Position numbers and translations under genes: made by a program. A stretch of 64,000 bases of DNA, from assembly GCA_951406725.2 (NCBI GenBank), contig OX597828.1, positions 57,350,001-57,414,000 of the forward strand, given 5' to 3'. How positions within the stretch are numbered: position 1 is the stretch's first letter; the number at the start of each line of letters is the position of its first letter. The stretch comes from Octopus vulgaris. Lineage: Eukaryota. The notes under the pieces were generated by a model. The model saw only the letters and a program-made list of their open reading frames with translations, made no database searches and was not told the origin of the DNA. Of the stretch, positions 1 to 15,945 are shown piece after piece.

Positions 1-2215
<2,215 letters not shown>

Positions 2216-2216
2216 C

Positions 2217-2400
2217 CATCGAAAAATACCGTTGGAATGAGAACCCAGGTTCGAAATATCCCCCAAGACACCTGATGAAGGCTGGAATGTACATCAGCCG
2301 AAACGCTGTGTTAACGACAAATAAGATGAGGACAAATATCCGTCAAATGTAAATAATGTAAATAATATAATAATTTCTCATGTCTTAAATATAGAAATGT
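2217..2400 (+). mobile_element. 3' part of a dispersed repeat with a minimal hammerhead-like motif
   Basis: Homologous to 22090-22247 (+) and about 21800-21930 (-). Contains acacCTGATGA-aggctg..cagcc-GAAAC at 2268-2304. Confidence 0.65.
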
Positions 2401-2450
2401 ACATGTGCTGTATATTCGAATTTAAAATACTCATTTAATATGCTTGTATA

Positions 2451-2513
<63 letters not shown>

Positions 2514-2951
2514 ATATATTTATGTATATATATTTATGTATGTATGTGTGTGTATGTATGTATGTATGTATGTATGTATATATGCATGTGTGTTTGAGTT
2601 TATGAGTGTGTTTCAATGTATAAATGCCCAGAAATATACACATCCTTAATTCTACCATTTACGTAATAATTTTCACAGTGATTATATTGTGTATTTGCGT
2701 AGAAGTGTACATATGAAAGTCTATCATCAACAAGATCCTAGAATTCGCTACATACAACGGAAAGTTGTCCAATGTTCCTTTTATGCTATATATGCATTGT
2801 GTGTATCTGAATTAACCATTTTAAAAGTGACAAATCCAGACATATACTGTTAATATTCGGTTCTTCATATAAAGCAAAGTTTCTGCATATCTGTGTCTGA
2901 CAGGGATACTAAACACGATTTCTTACAAAGAATACATTGTGTCCTTGTTAG

Positions 2952-3413
2952 CTAAAAGGAAGAAACTTTCTCTGCCGTATACAATAAATAAATGAATACA
3001 ATTGAAAATACAGTTAAGTTTGCAATGACAAATTTTAGAATTATGTCATCAAGTCGGCTGTAATGGAACATGCATTTTCCAACACTTCTTCCTGGCATGT
3101 TCGTTTTGAATACAGGATTGGATTTTTCCTCAGATATTGAAATATCTGCAATTTGGTCATTGCGTGACGTGATGTTACATTGATGTGACGCTTTCAATTT
3201 GTTATTATCAGATGATGACTGATTTACATACAACTTGCTTATGATCACCGAACCAATTGTAGCGATACCACATAAAAATGATAATACCATTATATACAAA
3301 ACAAGAAGCAAGGGCTTTTGTGAATATATCAATGGGTCTTCCTCAATTTGTGCAAGGTACAAGATATTTGATAAAAATATTGTCGTTGCTAGAGTAACTT
3401 TTTCACCTGATTC
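2952..3413 (-). pseudogene. 5'-truncated chemotactile-receptor-like Cys-loop gene fragment (M2-M3-M4 only)
   Basis: Open frame ESGEKVTLATTIFLSNILYLAQI...LLVLYIMVLSFLCGIATIGSVIISKLYVNQ...IADIS...RLDDI aligns with the C-terminal halves of the three intact genes. An in-frame stop lies at 3417-3419, and no ECD or M1 was found upstream. Confidence 0.85.
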
Positions 3414-3430
3414 ATGTTATGTTTGGAGAT

Positions 3431-3635
3431 GGTCATAATTTTGCACTTAACCACACCAACTATGTACATGGTCTTCACTTTAGCTTCATGATTCTTATTT
3501 TCGTATCATTTGCCTCAAATTTTCTCTCACACATCTCGTGTGATATCTGACAAAGGACACAAAATAAGAATAATAATTAAGCTGATGTGAAGAGCAAGCA
3601 TACAGTTTGTGTGGTTAAATGGCAAGAATATGACT
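3431..3635. mobile_element. MITE-like foldback element
   Basis: Imperfect inverted arms of about 70 bp: gtcataattttgcacttaaccacaccaactatg...attcttatttt versus aaaataagaat...catacagtttgtgtggttaaatggcaagaatatgac. Confidence 0.6.
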
Positions 3636-4340
3636 ATGATGATATCTGTTTCAACGCACAATTTCCCATGAAGGGACTTTCAAAAGAAATGCAAAAATGT
3701 AATTAAGATATGATACGGCACATAACTTGCTATTTAATAAGTATATCAAATGAATATTATATACACTGTACAAACGAATGATGTTTAAAGATAGGATGAA
3801 TTGCTTCAGTTTAGATATCCACCTATTGAAGACACTGAAAACAATTCCGTATATACCAAAGCCTGGCCCTACAATCACAACCCCTATATATTATATGGAC
3901 ATACATGTTACACATTATTAATTCTTAATAAGCCATTTAATGCACTGAAGTAGTAATATATAGAGAGAAACGTATGTAAACTTATATTAATGTTTAATGC
4001 ATATGAAAGAAATTCTACACATAATTTAGACCGGGTGAAATAAGGATTTCACTCATGAAATATAGAATTTTAATACCGACCTTGTAAGACCTTGTAACAA
4101 ATTTATTTGTGAAAAAGTAGAGTATCTAAACTTCGATTTTCGAGCTGTGTCGTATGATAGAGCAACAGTTAGCAACGTGATGTAGCTTCAAAATAATGGC
4201 AGTTGTGAATTATGAGTTCGTAAAAATGCATCTGAAAGCTTAGCATTTATATAAGACGATGGCGCTATTAATGTCCGCCGATGTATATACACATACACAC
4301 ACACATATATATAAGTGCATACACCCAACCACACATACAA

Positions 4341-4374
<34 letters not shown>

Positions 4375-4407
4375 GCATGTATGTATGTATGTATGTATGT
4401 ATGTATG

Positions 4408-4441
<34 letters not shown>

Positions 4442-4975
4442 TGTAGCTAGGTAAGTATACACACTCATACGGGCGTATACTGTTTAACGTTTTATTTAAT
4501 TCATGTAATTAACCTTTGTTATACATGAGATTTTCATAAAACATTCAAGGACATATCCATATGTAAACAATATATTTTTAATCTACCTTCCACAAAATCC
4601 ACTTTATCATATCACGATGATTTGACTTCTCTAGGACCGTGTAAATAATAACTCAATAGAAATAAAGCAATACTAAGTTTATAGAAATAATGTTCTGACG
4701 CCTAGATCTGTGCATTATAGCTAAAATGTTTACTTTACAATTAGATGGAAATATTGTTTAGGTTTAATAATGTGCCGAATTACCTATTTTAATGAATTAA
4801 TAAATATTTGTTTTATATTGCTTCATTTATTATAAATGTGTGTACATTAGCTTCAATAATATCTTTCTATATTCTCTTACACGCTTCAGCGAAGAGACTG
4901 TTGCGATGGGCATATGTATGTATATATGTATATATATATGCATATACATATATGTATATATATATAGATATGTAA

Positions 4976-5061
<86 letters not shown>

Positions 5062-5799
5062 ATTAGAGGAGAAATCAAAAGCCAAGGCAAAACGATTATC
5101 TCAACTCATTTATCATAATTTCATTAGGGTAAGGTGCATATGAAGTTTTACAGCCGTTTCTTTGATAACCCAAGTGGCAGGTTCGCATGCCCAGGCACTG
5201 GGCATTCAGTCAACAAAATATTTTGAACGGGGGAAATTTCAATTTACAAGGAATAAAATTCACGATTTGTAAAGAATAAGACCTAAGAATAAAGAGTAAA
5301 GTTTGCTAGAAGAAAATAGGCTGGAAAATAATGTTCCCAACTCATCTTTTTCGTGAGGATACGGATGTTGGTCGGTACTTCTATAGAGATCTAAGTACTT
5401 AGTTAAAATCGCAGCTAAATCCGGGCGGTATTTTGGTAGTATTTTGAATGATTTATTTACAAGATAAATGTGTATATTGAGCAAGAAAGTAAGATAGACA
5501 TAAATGGGTTTTGTGAATGGGTACACATAGGAGAGAGAGAGAGAGAGAGAGAGAGGGGGGAGAAAGTAGAGAGGGGAGAGAGAGGAGAAAGGAATAAAAA
5601 TAGGATAGAGTTAAACGGGTATAAATTAAGTAAAAAACGAAAAATAATATAAAAGTAAAGATAATGATAATCATAAATGTGTTTTGCGAGTCAGCGTATA
5701 TGGGAGAGTACCATATATGGAGAAATTAAAATAAAAATTTCGGATTGTATTATTAATATTGTTATAATTTTTACTATTATTGTTATTATTATTATTATT

Positions 5800-8600
5800 C
5801 AGTAGTATATTTTTATATCGTGCTTTCACTTCACTACCGAGCGCAGCTCTGTGTGCCTTGGGTATGTGTTTCAATTTGTTGTGATGCTCTGATGGTTATT
5901 GTATGGAAAGTGTTCTGCGTAGGATGTGTGCAGTGCCTAGTAGTGCAATTTTCTGTATGTTATATGTGTTTGTAAGTCCTGGTGTTTTTGTTATATATTT
6001 GTCTGAATATTTTATCATCATGCCTAATGCACCTATTATTATAGGAATTGTTTCTGCTTTTAGATTCCACATTATGGTTATCTCTATTTCCAGATCTTTG
6101 TATTTTGAAAGTTTCTCCGTTTCTTTTAGAGACACGTTGTAATCCGCTGGTATTGATACATCAATTAGAAAACATTTTGTTTTCTTCATGATCTCTGACA
6201 ACTATATCTGGTCTGTTGGCCTTAATTTCTCTATCTGTGTGTATCGGCATATCTCATAGTATGGTTGCTTTCTCGTTTTCTGTGACCTTTTCTGGCTTGT
6301 GCCTATAGCATCTTTTTGCTGTTGTCATTCCACAGTGTTGGCATAGCTTCCAGTGTATGTAGGTCCCAACTCTGTCGTGTCTGTGAATATATTCCTTCTT
6401 AGCCAGGACTGGGCAGCTAGAGATAATATGATTTATTGTTTCTTGTCCATCTCCACATATTCTGTAGTTACTTGTTATATTTCTTTTCATTACATGTATT
6501 TGGTAATTTCTGGCGGGGAGGCTTTGGTCTTGTGCTGCAATTAAAAATCCTTCTGTCTCTGCTTTGAGTCCTGAGCTTCTCAACCATTGTTGAGATTTTT
6601 CATTGTCTATTTATTTTGCATTTAGTTTAGTCCAGTATTTGCCATGAAGGGGCTTTTCTTGCCATCGTTTTATCATGGTTCGTTGCCGTTCTATTTTTAG
6701 TTTGGATTTCATTTGTTTTATAACTTTTGTTGTTTCTTCTTCTTCTTCTTCTTCTTCTTCTTCTTCTTCTTCTTCTTCTTCTTCTTCTTCTTCTTCTTCT
6801 TCTTCTCCTCCTCCTCCTGCTTCTTCTTCTTCTTCTTCTTCTTCTTCTTCATATTTGTTAGGTGGTATGATTTCTTGTTTGTATTTGTAAGCTTCCTTAA
6901 ATACTGAGAACAGTTTTTTGTTTTACTCGTGTTTTGCCGCTATTTGTATCAGTTTTCCTTCCTTCTGAAGTAGATATTTTTGCAGTCCTATGGTGGTTAT
7001 TTTATAGTAGTTTTCCAGCTGTATAAGGCCTCTACCACCATCTATACGTTGTATATATATCCTTTCTATGTCAGATTTTGGGTGATGCATCCTAGATCCT
7101 GTCATTATTTTTCTTGTTTTCCTATCTATTTTGGTCAGTTCATTTAGTGTCCAGTTAAGGATATTGTAGCTGTAACTTATAACTGGGACGGCTAAAGTGT
7201 TGATACCTATTATCTTGTTTTTAGCATTAAGCTCTGTTTTCAGTATTGATCTAACTCATCTATAGTATTCTTTTTTAATTTCTCTTTCATTTGTGTGTGT
7301 TGTGTCTTATCTAGTTCATGGATTCCTAAGTATTTGTAAGTTTGGTTTTGGTCTAATTCTTTTATTTCATTGGTTTTTATCTAGTGTGATGTTTCTACTC
7401 TTAACTAGTTTTCCTCTTTTCATGGTTACTTTGGCGCATTTTTCTAATCCAAATTTCATATCTATTTCTTTGGTAAATCCATGAACTGTCTTTAATAGTG
7501 TTTCCAGCTGTTTGTCATTTGCAGCGTATAGTTTTAGGTCATCCATATATAAAAGGTGGCTGATCGTTTTGCCGTAACATTTATATCCGCATCCAGTTCT
7601 ATTTAGCATATCAGATAGAGGTTGTTTCCAGGTTTTAGATTTGTGTCGCTTTCTATCTCATCCGTATGTTTGTTTGTCGTGTTTTGGCTTGCTGTTTGTC
7701 GTGTATTATTATGTATCCTTACGGTCTGGGTTTGTTTTTTTTTTTGTTTACAATCGTTTTTGTTGGAAATGTTGCGTTTGTCTTCGTGTTTTACAGTTTC
7801 AGTGTTTATATTATTTGGCATTGTTGTGTGGCTTCTATCTACATTTTCCTGATGTATTTTTTCTTTTAAATGTTCTATTTCTATTTCTGATATTTTTTTG
7901 CGTTGAGAATATATCTCCGTATATTTGCTAGTTTATTAGGGTTCATTGTTGTATCCAGGTCTTTAATTATGTTATTTTTCTTCCATATTTTGTATGTATG
8001 TGTTGTTGTATTTTCATTCTTTGGGTAGAGTACTGCTGTTAAGTAAGCGTGTAGGATAGAAATGTATTCCTCACGTGTCCATCTATGTCTTTTGAGTTTT
8101 ATTTGCGGGACATGTGGAACAACGTCCGGCCCATTATTTTGACGGTCGTCATTTTCGTAGGGTACCGGTCCGTTCATTTCTGTTGTCACATTGTTTTGCA
8201 CGTGTAGTTTTTCGTACATTTTATGTTGTAAGTTTACAGTACGTACTTCCCGATTGTTATTCTTGGGTTGAATAATACCGGTGTTATTTAATTTACTTGT
8301 AGTTTTTTTGTACATGGTATTTGGGGTCGGAGATGATCTGGTGTTGATGGATCGTAATGTATCAAGCATGTTTACATGTGTTGTGTTAGAGGTGGAGATG
8401 ATATCGAGTCAAAATACATAATTTCGTTTTAAAAATAGTAATAAATTTCAATGAGTATTACTCACTCGGATATAGTCCAATCCTTTGTCAGTTATTTTTT
8501 AGCTCCATGCGATGTCTTTGTTTCCGATGTTTGTGGATAGATTTCGGAGCACTGTTTTATCGTTCTCACATGTTTAACGTCCCCGGTGTAATCTGTTTAA
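5800..8600 (-). mobile_element. RLE-type LINE (Dong/R4-like, second subfamily), internally deleted and decayed
   Basis: Minus-strand ORFs give an N-terminal Myb-like HRWTREEY, RT HLLYMDDLKLY, MHHPKSDIERIY, ETINHIISSC/RHD and REL (IDVSIP...K..KY). Flanked by (TAT)n at about 5775-5800 and 8608-8672, with an internal (GAA)n expansion at 6733-6850. Confidence 0.88.
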
Positions 8601-8629
8601 CGTCCCCGTTATTATTATTATTATTATTA

Positions 8630-8738
<109 letters not shown>

Positions 8739-8947
8739 CAGCAGTAGTAGTAGTACCGGTCGTATTAGAACTATCAATATTAGTATTAGTGGTGTTGCTA
8801 TTAGTATCAAAATTTGATTCAGCTACACTTCGACCTTCATAGGAAACGGGGATGTTTGTATCTTGGTTAATAATTGTTGTAGTACTAGGGATGTTGGTAT
8901 AGTGTATGCCGTCAATATCAGCATTAGTGTTTTCGTAGCTTTGATTA

Positions 8948-9523
8948 TATTGGTTTGTCCGGAAAGTTCATGCCGATTTATGGTAGCTTATGGTAGCTTA
9001 CACTTCGACTTATTTTAGAACATGGTTGAGTACATAAAATAGGATTTGACTACACCTCCATTTAGTGTACAGTTTAAGCTATCTTTTCGTAGAAAAAGCA
9101 TTATGTTCCTTTAACCTGTGTTAATTTTGTAACCCTTTAAAATGGAAGATAAGAAAGTTCATTTTCAGCACTTCATGCTTTGGGAACCAGACAAAAGTTG
9201 CTGCAGCTTGGCTGGGATGTGTTACCCCACCCTCCATATTTAACAGATATTGCTCCCTCGGATTTCCACTTATTCAGGTCTCTGCAGAATAGTCTTAAAG
9301 GTAAAACTTTCAATTATTTGGATGACGTAAAAAGATACCTTGATGAAGTCTTTGCCATGAAACCACCTCAATTCTGGGAAGAGGGTATTTTCAAGTTAAA
9401 GGAAAGATGTGCATTGTGCAACAAAATGGTTCATATTTGGTTGATTAAAAATGTAATGGCAAGTAATTATTGACCTTTCTCTTTCCTTTAAAAATCGGCT
9501 TGAACTTTCCGGACAATTCAATA
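8948..9523 (+). mobile_element. Internally deleted mariner transposon
   Basis: About 32-bp TIRs (tattggtttgtccggaaagttcatgccgattt / aaatcggcttgaactttccggacaattcaata) in a TA context. The transposase start MEDKKVHFQHFML (ATG 9142) is joined to the C-terminus WDVLPHPPY..DIAPSDFHLF. Confidence 0.9.
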
Positions 9524-10015
9524 TATATAATCCGTAGCAGGAAACAAGTTTAGGTTTATTGGAAGAGGTAACAATAGACTTTATATTGGGCGGATAAAGT
9601 ACGACAGTTTTAGGGTAGATCTATTACATTTATGTATGGTGACGTGGGAATTTCGCGTCTACTATTTGAAAGAAGGTTTTGGCTAAGCCATTAACGTTTT
9701 TTTAGGCAATATAGGGTAATTACAATCTCTATAATATTTGTTAGATGAGAGTTGCGGGATTCATTGTTGTCTATCAGATTCAGTTTCGATCGAGTTCTAT
9801 ACAGATGAGCGTAAGTCGGATAGAAGTGATTCATTTAAGTATGAGCAGCATAGCAAATCTACGTCCCTAGCCCAGCCATATACATCATCTAATTAATAGA
9901 AAGGTACCATATAGGGTATCACGGATCACAATTTAAATCTAAACGCAATCAATCCATGTAAACATACGCCAACCCGATACAACTTTAATAAATCTAAATA
10001 AAATTAAAGATAACA

Positions 10016-10745
10016 ATGCAAAAACACGTGATTGTAGGATACCCGAATTATGACGAGAAAATTGTAATTTATAAATGCAGTGTGATAAATGGTAAACTTC
10101 AATTAAGAGTATGCATTAAGAGACGATATAGATCTCATTTAAATTCCTTCAGTAAGCTAAAATGTAAAAGCTCAACGGCACTAGCTAGAAACATACAAGA
10201 TTTAAATTTTCAGAACATCAATTATATATTATCTTGGGCTATTAGGATAAGCCCCACCTCTTACAACAAAATTATGGGCCATTATAGAATGTACGTAAAA
10301 GAATCATATACTATCCTTCGCCTCTATACTCCTACTGTATTAAACATGTTTTCTGATATTATTCATTTGTGTATCCACAGATATTACTCAACATTCGTGA
10401 GACTTTAAATCCGCATGTACTCAACAATAGCTTTCCTTTACGCCGCGAGACTTAGCACCATATTGCTTATAACAAAATATCGCCAATATAAATGTGAATT
10501 TTAATAAAGACACTAAGTAATGTCATCTTTATTCCCACCAGCACTCATATGGACTTCCACCATTTGCATAGATATATCTGTTCTTCCGTAAAAGCGTCCA
10601 GTTATCTCATACCTTAGCAATAAACGGAATGCATTTCTACTGTAAACATTGCTCTTTTCTGATGAAGGAGACGTTCCCTGAAAATGAATTTTAAGATTCA
10701 TTTTTTATTCGTTGGACTGAACCCTTGAAACAGGCGTAAGGATAT
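10016..10745 (+). mobile_element. Degenerate Penelope-like element 3' end (GIY-YIG-like ORF plus hammerhead-like motif)
   Basis: The ORF has IYKC...KRRYRSHLNSF...STALA...W.I...ES..IL, typical of PLE endonuclease C-termini. CTGATGA-agg...cctt-GAAAC-aggc-GTA lies at 10659-10738. Confidence 0.55.
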
Positions 10746-11392
10746 TTATTTCTTTTAATATGTAACCTAAAATAGTTTTTCTAGGACTATTATTTTCTTT
10801 TCGCTATATATATTTTCTTTAAAAAAAAAAACGAGTTTTTATCTGCAATCCTATACTTCATTATACCATTACTATGTTTATATTTATATGTCCATATATA
10901 TTTTTAATATTCATATATATTTATATTTTCATATGTATTTTCATATGTATTTGTAATATATCAATATATGTTTTTTTACCATTTTTATCTTAATTAAATC
11001 CGTACATATATGTGTTCATTGTGGTTTACCTGATTTGAACTTTCTCCGTTCCAATTATTATACATATATAGGTATGTATAAGCGTGTGTTTGTATATGAA
11101 TAAATATACGCTTATGTGTGTGCAAACATATGTTTATGTATATATGTATGTATATGTATATATCTATATACATACATATATATTTATAATAAGAGTAGAT
11201 CGTGTACGAATGGGTATATATTTGTAAAAAAGAAGTTTGAAAATGCCACTATATTATATCAATTTTTTTTTTCTTATGAATTTTGCATGTTTCGGTTCTT
11301 GAAAAAACGAACCTTATCAAAAATATTTTAAAAAGTAAAGTGTAATAGAAAAGCTCATAATTTTTTCTTACTGGTCTCAATAGAATCTATGT

Positions 11393-11471
<79 letters not shown>

Positions 11472-11786
11472 TTGTGTGTGTATGTATATGTATACATATG
11501 TGTGTGTGTGTGTGTACGATTTCATTTTCCTATAACTCTCTATCAGCATAAGTATGTAGGAAGGCAGCTAGGCTTTATTTTATTCTGCCTTGTTATCAAC
11601 ATCCGTATCTTAGAAGCTACCTAGCTTTTTAGTTATTGTAGATTTGAGATTTTATTTTCAGTTCTCCATGCCATCTAACTTTTTCTCAACTAAAACTTTA
11701 GTTGTTATTCCTGGAAACAGAAGCATAAATATCGTCAAATTTTGCCCGAACGTCCAGTACACAGATAGATAGATACGATATATATG

Positions 11787-11874
<88 letters not shown>

Positions 11875-12487
11875 CATGCGTACATATATACATATATACA
11901 TACATACTTACATACGCGCAGTGTATAACTATACACGCATGAACACTCAGAGGCGTTATTATACATGCAAGTATAAGTATATGAGTGTGTGTATGTGAGT
12001 GCTTGTTTGTTGATGTATATTATTGATCATGTCAGGTGTCTCATATTGTGAATAAGCTTTCCTTTACATAAAACTTTTACCGATTATAGTAATACAAAAG
12101 GAAATCTCAACAAACAATTCAAGTAAACACAGTTAAAAGAATCTTCCACTTCTGAATCAGGATTTGATACGTTATGAACAATTGACTTCCATCGCCCCTG
12201 GTATATTTCCAGTATGAATGGAGAATCATGTAACGGATCTTAAGTGATGTAAACATTGATTTTTTTTTATAGCTGTTAATCGTCGCATATTGACATTTAG
12301 TAAAATGAATCTTGCTACTTAAGAAAATACCTTTTAATCTGTATTTATAAATTAGTTCGTGTTTATTTCGCATAGGTTTATATGTTATTATAAGTGTACC
12401 CGTGGCACCTTGAGTACGTATCGTACTTGCTCTGTATACACCGTATATGTATATATGTAAATGTACAAACATATATGTATCTGCATT

Positions 12488-12547
<60 letters not shown>

Positions 12548-12589
12548 TATGTGTGTGTATGTGTGTATGTATATATATATATATATATA

Positions 12590-12720
12590 GTTTCTGTATG
12601 CCACATCCACTCACAAGGCTTTGGTCGGTCCGTGGCTATAGTAGAAGACAATTGCCCAAAGTGCCACACAGTTCCGGAACCATGTGGCTGGTAAACAAGC
12701 TACTTACCACACAGCCACTC

Positions 12721-12724
<4 letters not shown>
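12590..12724 (-). mobile_element. tRNA-derived SINE family 1, 5' part
   Basis: Matches the head ggagtggctgtgtggtaagtagcttg...ggttccgg...ttgggcaa also seen at 18616, 22600-23030, 34236 and 55850-56215. Confidence 0.75.
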
Positions 12725-12787
<63 letters not shown>

Positions 12788-13194
12788 AACAATTGCCAAC
12801 CAAGTGTGGCGTCCTACACTGGACAGTGCTACTGACGTTTATAGCCCTAGGAAGACATACCCTTATGGTGGTTAACGACACACATGCTGTGTCCGGTTAG
12901 TATTTACGGGGTAGGGGTCATTGATTCCATCTGTAACCTTACGTTAGGGAATTAAAAATAAAACCTTTTACCTTGTTATTTTTTTAAGATCATACCTAAA
13001 TAATTTGCCAGGCGAATCCTCATCGGTAACAATTAACATATAATTTAGATACAAATAACACGTTTCTCATCATTATATGTTATAATTTTTCAAATTTCCC
13101 CGCGCAAGCGCAGTTTCAGTCGACAGTGAATAGAGAAATGCCGAACCGAACTTCGAAAGCTGAAATCACATTCGTAAAATTATATAGGGTGGGG

Positions 13195-13420
13195 AATATT
13201 TTTAGAAATTTCACCACCAGTGGCCTAGAATGTATAAAAAGTCAATAGACAACAAATCCTCAATATCAAATAGTGTACATTTAAACACAAGAGAAAACTA
13301 CCTTTAATAGGTAATTTTACACGCTAGAAGAGGCAGTCAAAACGACAAAAACCACATTTTAAGAGCAATTTTCGAATGAATAAATGAATAAATATAACTC
13401 AACTCTTACAGCTGTTTCTA
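13195..13420 (+). repeat. Dispersed repeat, unclassified, with further copies at 39005-39500
   Basis: caccaccagtggcctagaatgtataaa...acaagagaaaactacctttaa...agaagaggcagtcaaaa recurs at 39015-39130 and 39265-39360, and inverted at 39360-39500. Confidence 0.65.
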
Positions 13421-13479
13421 CTTTAGGGGTCCGACCTACCAAGCTTGACACATCATACACAAGCATTTCGTAGAGTGAA

Positions 13480-15066
13480 AGTATTCAGTGATGACATCGG
13501 GATGAAATTTCGTCTTGAAAAATCTGCCAAGTCCACTTTCTAGAAAGTGAAATTGAAGACCTCAAATTCAGTAGTGTTGGATGTTGACACAGTCATAAAT
13601 GAACTTGAGCAGGAACAAACTTACAAATACCTCGGAATAAACGATGGCTCAGGCATTCAGCATGCAAGTATGAAAGAGAAGATCAGAAAGGAGTGTTACA
13701 GGAAAGTTCAAGCAATCCTAAAATCCGAGTTAAATGCACGCAACAAGGTGTTTGCTATAAATTCTTTAGCAGTTCCTGTTGTTATTTACAATTTCAATGT
13801 GTTGAACTAGAATAAGTGCGAAATAAGAAAAATTGGCAGGAAAATCCATAAGCTGCTGACTTGCAATAACACACACTACCCAAAGGCAGACGCAGATCAT
13901 CTTTATCTAACTAGGGCTGAAGGAGGTCCAGGCTTAATCCTATTTGAAATCTTCTACAAAACCACCACAATTGGACTAGCAAAATATCTTGAAACATCTA
14001 ACGACTGGATGCCATATCTCGTTGAAAATCATGACAGAGGTAAGAAGCCTCATTCTGTTATGGAGGAGAGCAAAACATTTTCAAGTGAAATTCTGCCTAA
14101 TATCTAGGTTGAACAGGTTGATGCAACTGTAGTTGCAAAGAAGGTGAAATCAATAGCAAAACAAAATGTGTTTCAACAATTGGCTGATAGGTGGGAACAG
14201 AATCATCTGCATGGCAAGTATGCGGCCCGTAGAAAATAAGCTGAACTAGACCAGAAGTACTCCCACCAGTATCTACGGAGCTCAGAGCTAAAGGCAGAGA
14301 GTGAAGATCAGAGCTTATTGACCCGGAACTACCAGGCCGATGTTGATGAAAAATGCTGCAGGCCCAAAGTGCCGATACTGTAACTTTGGGATAGAAACAG
14401 TCAACTACCTAATCTCTGGACGTAAGGTTTTAGCACCTATAGAGTACAAATCAAGACAAGATAGTGTTGACCAATATCTACACTGTATAACCTGTCGGCA
14501 TTATATAATGAAATGTGCTGACAAATGGTACCAGTACCACCCTGAGACTATATCTGAGGGAGAAAATGTAACTATTATGTGTGACATCCCCGTATGTACA
14601 GACATAATATCTTGGTAAAAACATTTGATGAGCTCAGAAATTAAGAAGATTTTCTAATCGAAATCGAAAAGATATGGCATCTCAAGACGGTCACAACACC
14701 AGTGGTTGTAGAAGCACTTGCAATGGTCAAAAAGGGAACTGAAAATTATGTAAAAAAGGTTCCTTGGCTTACCATCCATGCAGGAAGTGCAAAATATTGT
14801 CTTAACTGGTACGTCACAAGTATTGAGAAGAGAATTATCGCTGTAATTTTTTTCCCGTTTTACCTCTTTAGTTTATTTGTTTACTTTTTTATTTTTTATT
14901 TTTCCTTTTTCTCTCGGTCTTTCTTTTTCTCTATCACACGACTTTGTAAATACACAATCCGGTGTGTTTATTTTAATGACATACTAATGTATATAGTGCA
15001 TTTCTCTGCTCTAGGCGTGTCAGGAAGATACTCGACAAGAAATGGAAACAGAATTGAAAGATGTTA
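13480..15066 (+). mobile_element. 5'-truncated, older copy of the RLE-type LINE at 1-2095
   Basis: NSVVLDVDTVINELEQEQTYKYLG and KCRYC..ETVNYLISG motifs, a similar 3' UTR, and an (AAT)n tail at 15068-15143. Many stops. Confidence 0.88.
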
Positions 15067-15081
15067 ATGAAAATAATGATG

Positions 15082-15145
<64 letters not shown>

Positions 15146-15559
15146 GTATATTCAACTCATGTAGGCAAGGAGGCAAAGGTGAAGTGCTTGCATCCATGTA
15201 GTCAACAGATGTTAAGATATGGGATTAAAGCGGCACGAGCTACTACTACTAAGATTAATAAGAATGATGATAGAGTTTGAGGAGAACTTATTTACTTCCT
15301 TTTATTTCATTTACCGTAGATTTGTTTTTCAATATTAAATGAAGTTTTAATCTGGTTTACAGGTTTCGTAGCGGAGTAGTTAGCTGATAGGCCAATCGCT
15401 TATCTTCTGCGCTTATAATCGGTTCTGGAAAATGTTGTAAGTTTTGAATTTTGCAGGCGTTTGAATATGCCCTGAGGATGAAAGTTGGATGTTTTGCCTG
15501 TTCAAAAATCTAGAAAAAACTAAATAATGTACTTACAACAAATTTCTTATCTTGAACCT

Positions 15560-15850
15560 GCTTAAATTTAAATACCCGGCGGCGTTTAAGAGTGTTCTTG
15601 TGATAAAAGAGATGTTTGCATGTTGGAATAATCAAAGAAAAAATTAGACAGAAATTGTAGATATTTAATTGCTTTTTCTAAAGTTATATGAAAGAGAAAT
15701 TTTGCATGTTCAGGCATCAAGGAAAATTATTCAGGCTTCTGCATATTACTTCAGAGTAATCCTTGGTTTACCATTTCTGCAAGAAGTGCAAAAGATTGTG
15801 TGAAGTGGTACATCACACGTATTGAGAAGAACATTGTCGACGTGAGAATG
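15560..15850 (+). mobile_element. Short degenerate REL-domain LINE 3' fragment
   Basis: ccttggtttaccatttctgcaagaagtgcaaaagattgtg...catcacacgtattgagaaga matches 1820-1900. Confidence 0.65.
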
Positions 15851-15945
15851 ATTACTAACATGCAATGTTAATTTTGTTTTCACATACCTTCGTTTCATTT
15901 TGAAAAGAATAATCTCGTATTTAGTGTTTATGGCCTACAAGTTGT

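Noticed and set aside
4040-4260. Possible promoter block for the truncated receptor (minus-strand TATATAAA near 4246-4253)
   Set aside because: Similarity to the 44805/63325 blocks is too weak to support by eye.
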